Program-made: the position numbers and the translations under genes
Part shown: positions 1 to 10,500 of the stretch, piece by piece
How the letters are laid out: each line of letters starts with the position of its first letter
Position numbering within the stretch: the stretch's first letter is position 1
Assembly (NCBI GenBank): GCA_047601445.1
Contig: JASGJH010000001.1
Location: 6,272,001 to 6,336,000 of the forward strand
Length of the DNA stretch: 64,000 nucleotides
Source: Myxococcales bacterium
Lineage (GTDB): Bacteria > Myxococcota_A > Polyangia > Polyangiales > DASUME01
Direction: 5' to 3'
Notes under the pieces: model-generated
The model's database searches: none
The model's input: only the letters and a program-made list of their open reading frames with translations
Told to the model about the DNA's origin: nothing

Positions 1-225
1 GAGGGCGACTCGTATCAAGACGCCGAAGCGCGCTGCGCACCCTTCGACCGCATCGTGCGCGAAGACGAAGAGAACCGCCTCCTCCTCGCGCGCTTGGTAG
101 CCAAGGCACACGCCCACGACGTGCCCGCCTACGTGCTGGTCGACAACAAGGCCGAGGGCTCGGCACCACACAGCATCGTGAGGCTGGCGGGGGCGTTCAT
201 GGAGCACTGCCACAGCCCACCGTGA
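1..225 (+). CDS. DUF72-family protein, C-terminal part (5' truncated by window)
   Basis: Frame 1 is open from base 1 to TGA 223-225. It reads ...APFDRIVREDEENR...PAYVLVDNKAEGSAPHSIVRLA, matching the recalled DUF72 C-terminal NNKAEGSAP motif. Confidence 0.7.
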   Translation, partial: EGDSYQDAEARCAPFDRIVREDEENRLLLARLVAKAHAHDVPAYVLVDNKAEGSAPHSIVRLAGAFMEHCHSPP

Positions 226-285
226 TCCGACGCCCCTAGCTGGTGGCCCATGGCAAGCTGTACGTGATCGTATCGTTCCCACACC

Positions 286-1075
286 TCACTTGCGCCTAGC
301 GCCACCTCGCCCCGCGAACAACGACGGCGCAAAGCGATCCGCGTCCCCTTCGTTCCACCGCAAGTACGCCACCGCCCGTCGTGCCTGGCTGTAGGTCTCC
401 ACCAGCAGCTTGTAAGCCCGCTGGCGCTCGCGATTGAGTTGGCCCTGTTCGCTCAGCGCCTGTTCGCGCGCGCTGAGGACGCCGAAGATGTTGTGCGCCA
501 GCGTGTCGGCTTCCTCGATGTCTTGCAGCGTGACGCTCAGTTTGCCGTTGAGTCTCGGCCAGCCCTCGCGCAGCGCGCCCGCCAAGCCTGCGAGGTCCAG
601 GGCCATGTTGCGATGGGCGCTTGACCCGCGCAGGTCTTTCAGCACCGTGCTCTCCAGTAGACCTAACTTGGCGAGCAACGTGACCTGTGACAGCAAAATG
701 TGGCGCACGGTGCTGCCTCGCTGAATCAGCTCCGGCATGACCTCAGGCGGCGTGGCTATCGACGTCCAGCGCATGTGCACGTGACCCAGCGCGTAGGCGT
801 AGAGCTCGAGCTGGTCGAACTCGCCAAGGTCGAACCTCGGCAGCTCCGCTTCGATCGCCGGACGCAAGCTGCGCATGAGCTTCACGGAGCCGAGCACTTG
901 GCTCACCGCGCTCGGGATCTCCAAGTTGATGTGCGGCGTGTTCTCTTCGGGAATACGTTCGATGCGCTCCTTCACCTGCTCGTAGGCTCGCCGCCACGCT
1001 TCGACCTCGGCGGAATCCGGGCTCAGGCGGCGGTACTTTGCTGGTAGGTCGGGAACCACTGTGTACTTCGGTCAT
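286..1075 (-). CDS. Conserved myxobacterial hypothetical protein (alpha-helical); start ATG 1075 if one extra base at 1014/1015 is removed, otherwise GTG 1059
   Basis: 257-aa ORF ending RAYKLLVETYSQARRAVAYLRWNEGDADRFAPSLF. Changing GAATC (1013-1017) to GATC joins it to ATG 1075, which has an AGGA upstream. Confidence 0.65.
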
Positions 1076-1490
1076 GCAGATCCTGTTGGCAGTGCAGAAC
1101 AGATATCGGCCTCGCGGGGGCCAGGTTGCGTGCAAAACAGAAGAGCTCGCGCGCGACAGGATGTGAGCCGATAGTTCAACTATTGCGATCTAGGGTGCGG
1201 CGACCTGGCTTTGGTTGAAACCTTCGCTCGCTGTCGGCGCAGATTGTCCGCATTAGTCGAAGCATCCACGACGATGTGGTCACGCGAGTCTAGAAAGTGT
1301 CAGTTCGGACTCTCTCTTGATGTCGATTGAAAGCGCACTAACTATGGAATGCGCAAGGCAGCTTGCTGCGCGCTGCGTTCACCGCTGACCGTAACAGATA
1401 CCTACGCTTTAACCGTGCCCCCAACCTGGACGCGCGAAAGCGCATCGCGTAGTTCAAGGACGACAACTTCTCCGATCCTTGTCCCGGACT

Positions 1491-1506
1491 TGGGCACGCG
1501 CGCTGC
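1491..1506 (+). promoter_or_regulatory. Possible sigma54 -24/-12 promoter of the Rhs gene
   Basis: GGGCACGCGCGCTGC has GG-N10-GC spacing, about 35 bp upstream of GTG 1543. Confidence 0.3.
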
Positions 1507-1518
1507 CGCGCCGACGCC

Positions 1519-4500
1519 TTGGTGTTTGGGCGAAAGGCACCCGTGCGCGCTCTGCGATTTCTTCCGGTCCTCGCCTCTGTCACTCTCCTCAGCTGCCTCG
1601 CTCCCGGCGATGAGGGCGAGCCCTACGACGACGAACTCGACGCGGGCATGGAGGAGAACTCCGATGCACCCGTCGTTCACGGCGTGGAACAGGGGCTGCA
1701 AACAAGCCTATGCGGCAACGTCGCGGGCCTGCAGGCGAACGCAGGATCACCTATGCGCGGAGGCTGCCCGACCCACTCTGCGCAGAGCTCGCTCTACGGG
1801 CCCGCAACGCTCCCCGCGCAACCCAACTGGGCGCGCGACACGCTGTGGGACGTGCGCTCCGCGCCGGCTGTGGCCGCTGACGGCACCATCTACTTCGGGT
1901 CCGACGACAGCTACTTCTACGCCATCAACCCGACCAACGGCACCGAGAAGTGGAAAGTGTTCCTGTGGAACCAGATCAAGTCGAGTCCCGCCATCGCGGC
2001 CAACGGCACCATCTACGTGGGCTCCAACGCGAACAAGATCCACGCCATCAGCCCCACCACGCACGCTGAGATCGCAGCTTTCGACACCTTCGACGACGTG
2101 ACCGCGTCCCCTGTCATCGGTGGCGACGGCACCGTGTACATCGGAAGCAAGACCGGCAAGTTTTACGCCCTCAACGCCAGCCTCGGAAAGAAGTGGGAGT
2201 TCACCACCGGCGGCGCCATCCGCACCTCCGCGGCCGTCGGTCCCGACGGCACCATCTACTTCAGCTCTGACGACAACAAGCTCTACGCCCTCACGTCGAC
2301 CGGCGCGGCCAAGTTCCCCGCCAAGACCCTCGGCGTCACCAACACCGAGTCCTCCCCCGCCGTGGCCAACGGCAAAGTCTACGTGGCCTCCAACGCCAAC
2401 AAGCTTCATGCGTTCGATGCGGTGACCGGCAACCTCCTCTGGGAGCGCACCCTCGGCAGCGGCAGCTCTTACGTGGGCTCCCCCGCAGTCGATGCCAACG
2501 GCGTCATCTATATCGGCGGCGGCGATTTCAAACTCCACGCCTTCACTCCCGACGGCGACGAACTCTGGGCGTTCCCGACCCTGGGCGCCATCCTCGCCGC
2601 CCCCGCCATCGACCGTGGCGGGAACATCTACTTTGGCAGCGACGATGATTCTCTTTACTCCGTCGACGCCGGCGGCAATCTGCGCTGGAAATACACCACC
2701 TGGAACAACGTCGAAGGGCACCCGGTGATCGGTGCGAACGGCGCGATTTTGGTGGGCAGCGATGACAACAAGCTGCACAGCGTGGGCGCGGCAGGGCCGG
2801 CGCCCAAGGCGGTGGGGCAGACTTGTGCGCTCGATGCGGATTGTGCGCAGGGGTTGATCTGTGGGGATGGGAATGGCGCGAGGTACGGCCTCGCGGCGAC
2901 TGCTCGCGCCTGCTGGGAGCCGAGTTGCCAGAACGGAGTAAAGGACCAGGGGGAGACCAAGGTCGACTGCGGTGGTCCGTGCGGAACTTGCAACGCGATC
3001 TGCGTGAGTCCGTGCGTGCTCGGGGAGCAAGTTGCTCCGCCCGCGATTGCATCCCTGAACTTCGAAGCCGGAACCTTCGTACGTGGCAGCCTCGCGACGT
3101 TTACCAAGGAGGACGGAACCATCGAAAGGGCCACTGCGCACCAGCTTCGGTACCTCAGTTCGCCTGGCAAGAAGCGCATCGCCCTCTTCGAGGGTGAGCG
3201 CACCAATACCGTCATTCGCTCGGAAGAGCTGAACAAGATCCCCGGCTGGTTTGTGCCCGACTTCTTGGTCGGGGCCCCGATTCAGCTCCAGGTCGATGTC
3301 GGCACGGCGCCGGACGGCACCACCAGCGCCGACAAGCTCCTCGCTCCGAACGGAGGGATTCCCGCTACGATTCAGCTCGCAGCGAACCCCAATGGCGCCG
3401 GCACCTTAAGTGCCTTCGTAAAGAACGCGGGCTCAAATGCCGGCAAGACACGCCTCATCTTGTTCGATCCCATTGTCAGCAACCTCTACGCGAACGCAGA
3501 CGCGTGGGACCTGCCTACTCAGTGGAAGCGCTTTGACAAGGATTCGCAGGCTGCAGCCATCCCACTGTACCTGGCGGCCTCTCATGTACAGAACTACCCG
3601 GCCGGGTTCGGCGATTTGATTCCCTCTCTGCCCGCGGCCGACTACTTCCTCTGGGGCGTGCAGTGGGAATCCGGCTCGTTCCCGAGTTCCTATCTCCCAA
3701 CGAACGACCAGTATCGGAAGCGCAATCCGGACCGCCTGACCTATCCCGCTGCGCAGGTTCCGGCGTGGATGCGTTCGGGAGTCTGGCAGTTCGATGTAAT
3801 GCCCGAGTATTCGAGTGCCGAGCTTCAGAATGGAGAACAGTTCGTGCTGTTCTCGTTTGGAGGCGCTGCGAATACGGTCTCTCTTTCCAAGACCGGCGGA
3901 ACCGGTCATCTCATTCTGAAGGCTGGCGGAGTAGTCGCCTTCGACGGTTCGTTTTCGTGGCAGCGTGGGCAAGTCATCACGGTGACCGTCGACACGGCGG
4001 CGGGCCTTGCTCACTTGAAGGGGCGCGAGTTTGATGCGTGGACGACACCGCACGCTTTCTCGTTCGGCTCCGGTGACCTTCGCGTAGGCGGCATTCTTGC
4101 TGGTGCGACCGAAGCATTCGCTGGGTTGACGGAACCCAGGCAGGTGACGGCACCCGCCGTAGTTTGTCAGCCGGACCCAAGCTGCACGCTCTGCGGCGAC
4201 GGCCAAGTCTCTGCGGGCGAGACCTGCGACCCCGGCACAAATCCTCGTTGTGCTGGCGATTGCCTGGCCGAGAGCGGGCTAACACTGTGCGACACCGCGG
4301 ACGGCTGCGTTTGTCCCCCGGGAACGAGTCTGCCAGTCCAGCGCAACGGTGGCGCGTTCGGTGCTTCGGCGTCGCGCTTCGTTTGTGTCCCTACCGCGCT
4401 CTGCCCAGCTCAATGCGGCAGCATCGACGGAGTCTGTGGCCTGTGCCCGGCCTGCGTTCCTCACTGTGAAGGAGCAACGTGCGGCTCTCCAGGCGACGGT

Positions 4501-7500
4501 TGTGGCGGAAGCTGCCCAGTCTGTCAGGGCGGTCAGACCCCGCCAGACGAAGAAGGCTGCGCTCCAGGATACGTGCTTGGCGATGGCAATGGATGGCGCT
4601 TCCTCGGAGGCGCAAAGGACGAGCGCAGTGTGTGCTGGCCCCGGATCTGCGAGTTCCCGGATGAGCGCAGAATTCCCTGCGGACAGCCGACGGATCCTTG
4701 TGGTGTGTGCGATCCCGAAGTGCTCACTCAATCATTCAACGGAATTCTCGATAAGAAGCGAACTGCTCCGGCGTGTGCTGCCGGCATGGTCAGCAACTCC
4801 GTGGGTGCCTGTCTTCCCGTTGTTGACGCAAAGCTCACCACCTTGGCTTCTCCTGATGCCGTGGGGGCCCTTTCCGGTGCCTTCAGCGTCGAGTTGAACG
4901 GCTCTGCCACATATTCCGTGCCGGTCAACGTGCCTCCTGGTCGTGGTGGCCTGGCACCAGAGTTGGCCTTGACCTATCGCAGTTCCAGCGGAAACAGCTT
5001 GGTCGGCTTTGACTGGTCGATCTCTGGCCTCTCGGCCATCAGCGTCTGCCAACCGACGGTGGTTCAAGACAAGACGCTCAGCAGCCCCGCTTCCGTCATG
5101 GTTCCATTCTGCTTGGATGGTCGAAGACTCATCCCCAAGTCATACGACGCAACCTTGAACCGTACAGAGTGGAGAGTTGAATTCGATCCTGCCGTCCGCG
5201 TTTTTAGCGATGGCGATCAGGACGCGCGCCATGGCTTGCCGACCGGCGACATCGCCCCACAGAGTTGGACCGTCGAAACGGGCGACGGGCGAAAGTCGGA
5301 GTATGGGCTCGATGATCTATCCCGGCTCGACAGAAACAGCTTCGGAGTTCTTCCGGTCGAAGGATCCTATGGCCACATCGGGGCAAGGGCCTGGGCAATA
5401 AGCCGCATTACCGATCGAGCGGGAAATCGCATCAACTTCCAGTATGCGGATAACGGTACGAACCAAGCAGCCAAGCCCGCTTGGATTGGATACAACCCGG
5501 TCACTGTCAACGGAAACGGCGACGACGCGACCTCGGAAATCGTATTCACATACGACGCCCCGCAACAGAACGGCTTTGAGGTGCTCCCGCGTCCCGACGT
5601 GTTTTTTGGCGCGCAGTACCGAGAGGGGATCCATCGGGTCGACCGCTTGGCGAAGATTGAGGTACGATCGTTTGGACGCGTACTTCGGTCATACGTCATA
5701 TCAATCAAAACCAGTGGCAACGGTCTAACCCTGGTGGACCACATCACTGAATGTGCGGGACCCGGGGATGGACATTGCACCTCACCGACCAAGTTCACGT
5801 ATGCGCCATCGGACAGGACCACTTTCAAACTGACCGACCCATCGGTTCCAGCGCCAAGTGATGGCAAGCACCAGCAGGTGGGGCTCGATTGGAATTCCGA
5901 CGGCTTCGATGACCTTGCAGTTTTCGACGGAAATCGATGGGACGTGTTTCTAGGAAGTTCCTCTGGGCTTGCCATGGCCGCGACGAGTTCTTTCTCTGCA
6001 AAGCCGCTTCGCGCGACCAAGAACGCCGCCGGCTTTTTGACACAACCTGTCTTTGTGCTCGATTTTGAGCAAGACGGGCAACAGGATGTCATCCTCGAGT
6101 CGGTCGATACGCAGAACAAGGCTGCTCTTGTTCGGGTCTCTGCCTTCCACAGCCCGCAGGTGTTGTACGTACCATGGCCCAGTGGAATGCCCGCAAAGAA
6201 CGGGCAATTCGTTGCCTTCGATGCCAACGGAGACAGTCTCGACGACTTCCTCTACTGTACCGGGGATTCACGCAAATGGCTTCTGTTCAGGAATGCTGGC
6301 GGTTCCCTTTCCTCACCTGTGGAGATCGCGAACACGAAGGGGTTCTGCGACGACGCAGTCGTGATGCCTACACAGTGGGGCAATGAAACGGTGCTCTGGA
6401 CCGAGCGTCGCGACGGCGACATCATGCAGCTCGACAGCGGCATGTTCACCGCGGCCTTCTACGCTCACCCGACGCCGCCCGCTGACGGTCTTGACCCCGA
6501 CCCCGCCATCGACCTTGTTGGCCTCTCCGATGTGAATGGCGACGGCTTGGGTGATGTGATTCGTGCCTCGGAGGTGCAAGAGGGGTCCGACGACTGGGGT
6601 AAGACGCTCTTCAAGATCTACGCTGGGACCGGTGGCACGCCGTACTACTACGGTGTCGGGCGCCGCTTGACGGGAAATCTGGGTGAAAAAGTCTACGCAG
6701 CTGCGACTTCCGTTCGGACCATGGATTTTGATCGCGACGGCAAGCAGGATCTGCTTCTTGCAACGACGGATTTCGATCGCACGAAGACGACTTGGGACTT
6801 CTATAAGGAGTCACGCGTGCCGTCCGGCCCCACCTGGCCCGTCACCTATGGAGAGGATCTGAAGGGCTTTCAGACCGTCGTCATCAACAGTCCCTACGCG
6901 GCGCCCGAGTTCATCGACGTCAACGGCGATGGCGCAGCAGATCTCCTGGCCGACGGAAGGCTCTACTGGGGCCAGCAACCAAACGCAAACCTTCTAACTG
7001 GTATCACGATCTCATCGCACGCGTCCGATGTCCCCGATGGGCTTGAGATCAACTACACAACGGGTATTGGTTCCGGCGTTTATCAACCTGGAGGAAGTGG
7101 AAATGGTTGCGACGACCGTCTAACTACCACCGCCATGTGCATGCGCCGATTGCCGCATCCCGTGGTCGCAAATTGGACACGCCGTTCGTTCAAGCAAGCT
7201 GCTGCGGATCCGCAGATCGTTCGCAGCTCTGGCGAGGTGTATACATACGAGGACTCGCGCTACGACAGGCTAGGCCGAGGGTGGCTTGGCTTTGGGAAGC
7301 GAACCGTCTATCGCTTCGGATTCGACGGCGTCCAATCTTCAACCGTCGAGGAGCACTACGACCTGAGTCGGGTCAGCCAAGGGGATCAGGATACGGGGGT
7401 CGTCCCGTACTTCGCGCAGCTACCGTTAACCCAAGGCCAGAGATGGGGCGCCCTCGAGCGCCTTGACTACTACTACTATCCGTACGTGTTTCGTCCTTCG

Positions 7501-10500
7501 CTCGTGCGTGAAACCACGAGTGCGCTGGGCGACGAAACAACGCGCGGCGGACTCATAACGCGGGTCCAGGAAACGTCGTACGAGTATGAGCTGATTCCGA
7601 CGGATTATGATGCAGTGCCATACACGGCTCTGCGCAGGTCCGAAGCGAAGCTCTTTGAGGGCGACGCCTTGGTTGATCAGGAGGTCTCCACCTATACCCA
7701 CGATTCATACGGCAATGTGAAAACCTGGGTCCGCTCGTTTCCCCTCGAGCCAAACGACGCCATGGAGACTCGGTTCAACTCCTTCGCACACGAGTCTGAT
7801 CCGAGCCGAATTGATAGATGGCAGGTCGCTCTCCCTGCTGAGGAGGCTTTTGTGGCCACGCAGGGACCTGAAGACGTCCCTCTCGTCGCCATCAAGAACC
7901 TTGAATACGATTCACAGGGGCTCGTGTCCGTGGTGTTCCTTAACAAGGACGACGCACTCCGAGCAGCGGGTTCAAAGACAACATTCGGAAGAGACCCGTG
8001 GAACAACATCGGAAGTGCGACCGTCGAGCCCTTGGAGGGGCCTGCTGAACTAAAGGTGACCTCCGTACAGTTCGACTCGCTTGGCATTCTACCTACGGCA
8101 GTTACGAATCCCGCGGGGCATGTGGACCACTATGACTTTAGCTTCGCCGACGGTCGGCTGGTCAAGCATACGGACTCGAACTCGCTTGTGAGCGAATGGC
8201 AGTACGACGGGTTCGGTCGCCTGGTTGCTCGTTCATCGGCGGGAATTTCCGAAACATTCAGATACTCTGCCGCGGCATACAGCGAGTCCGAGGTCCTGTC
8301 TGTCAATGCTGTGACCTCAATCTTGATCTCGACGGTAGCGGGCGGCTTGTCTTTGGAAGAGACGACATTCGTTAGCCAGGATGGTGACGTTGTCGGCCAG
8401 AAGTCACCGGGCTTTCAGGGAACCGTCGTCCTTCAGGAGTTCACCTACGACGGCCTAGGTCGTCGAACGCAGGCAAGTCGACCGCATTTGTCGGGCGACA
8501 GAACTCAGGGAAGCCAGTCCTACGACTATGACGCTTGGGGGCGTCTCGTGAAGACGAGAGCCGCCGACAGTACAGAAACGAAGTACTTCTATGCCAGCTC
8601 GGCAACGACCAGCTACGATCCAAGCACCATTCAAATGAGTCCAAGGGCTCGTTGGATCACTACCACCGAAACACCCAAGCATGAACGACTGATTCGGCAG
8701 CTCGATGCAGACGGCCAGGTGCTGGTGATGCATGATGCAGGTGGCCAGGCGGTCTCAACGTTTGAATACGGCATTGGCGGGTTCGTAACGGGCATTGTGG
8801 ATCCGGACGGGAACCGTACGGTGCGTGTGCCAGACCTTCAGGGACGGCTAAGGGAACTCCACGATCCCGACACGGGCGATCACTCGTTCGACTACAAATG
8901 GAGCGGCGAATTGAAGTCGCACATTCAGAACGGCGAGGAGAACGCGTTCGACTACGATTCCATCGGGCGTCTGTTGGTACGAACCAATCGAGACGGAGAG
9001 GCTAGATGGACCTGGGACCACGACGAGCTAAGAGGGGTCACGCGCGTCGGCGCACTGCTTCGGACCACTAGCCCGTCTGGGAGTGCTGAAGAGCTGTCGT
9101 ACGACCACCCGTATGGCGCGCTGACCTCGATCAAGAGGACGTTCAAGAACCCGAGGGGAGATGTCGAACTCGCGGTAGGTCTCGAATATGACGCCTTCCT
9201 GCGCCCAGAGTTCATCCAATATCCGGGTGCACTGCGAATCAAGAACGAATACGACGGCGCCTTCTTGTCGCAAGTGCGGAACGCGAACGTCAGCGCCGAG
9301 GTGTTCTGGAAGTTGGAGGCTGCTTATCAGGGATATCTCCCGTCGCGCGTTGCGCTAGGCACTAGCAATATGAGGCAGTTCACAACCTACGAGCCATCGA
9401 CCGGTCGTGTCAGCGGACTTCAGACGACTGCTCCCGGACAGCAGGATCTGGTTTCTCAGACGATGGGATACGATCCGAATGGAAGAACTGAGTGGCTTCA
9501 CGACATCCCCCACGTGGCGGAGAACAAGTTCGTGTACGACGACTTGGGGCGCCTCAAGTCCGTTAGACGTCGATTTGGTTCGGCATCCGATCCCGATCTT
9601 GCGCACTTCGACTACTCGCCATCAGGCAGGATCCTCAGCAAATCCGACGTCGGAACATACGTCTACGATCCGAGCAATGGGCATCCTCATGCGGTGGACA
9701 GTGTTGTCGGACCGGACGGGACGACCAGCTACTTCTACGACTCATTCGGAAGGCTGGAGCGACGCACTGGGCCAGCTATTCCATCCGGCGAGCAGAAGCT
9801 GGCGTATGACGGGACAGGCCTGATCAAGACGATCGAAAGCAACGTTGAAGGGTTGCGCGAGTACTCGTACGGTGCATCTGGCGACAAGATGATGGTGATT
9901 TCCAAGCCATCCGCTGAATCGCCGGCTTCATCGGTAGCTCTTTTTCTCGGCAAGTGGTTCGAGCAGCGGCAGGCGGCTGAGCAGGGGCCCTGGACCGAGA
10001 TATCGCGAATCTTTGCAGCGGGAACGGCGATCGCTGAAGTCATTACGGTCAACGGCGCAGAACGCAAAGTGAGATACCTGCATCGGGATCACCTCAATTC
10101 GGTTGTCGCAGTCTCCGACGGCGATGGAGGTAATCGCGAGGTCAGGTCCTTCGGATTCTTTGGCGAGAACGAGAGTGTGGAGGAGGCGGTCGAGACCCTC
10201 GGGTACACGGGGCATCAACACGAGCCCGACACATCGTTGATAGACATGGTTGGCCGGCTCTACGACAGCTATATCGGTCGATTCGTAACGCCAGATCCCG
10301 GGATCCCGAACCCAGAATCCACCCAGTCATATGATCGCTACGCGTACGTGTTCAACGACCCACTCACGCTGATCGATCCGTCTGGCTTCGTCCCAGACAT
10401 GCCACCGTCGCAACCACCGTCCAACTGCGATACGGACTGCCAAGTCCCTCCGCAAGGTGGCGTTGGAATCGGAGGACGAAGTCGCGAAGCGCGCGAAAGT

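Noticed and set aside
1747..2787. PQQ-dependent dehydrogenase
   Set aside because: Only BamB/PQQ-like propeller repeats with no recognisable catalytic features; part of the Rhs protein
4860..10386. Complete insecticidal ABC (Tc) toxin complex
   Set aside because: A TcB/TcC-like shell is present but there is no TcA gene in the window; the immunity gene and RNase-type tip point to interbacterial use
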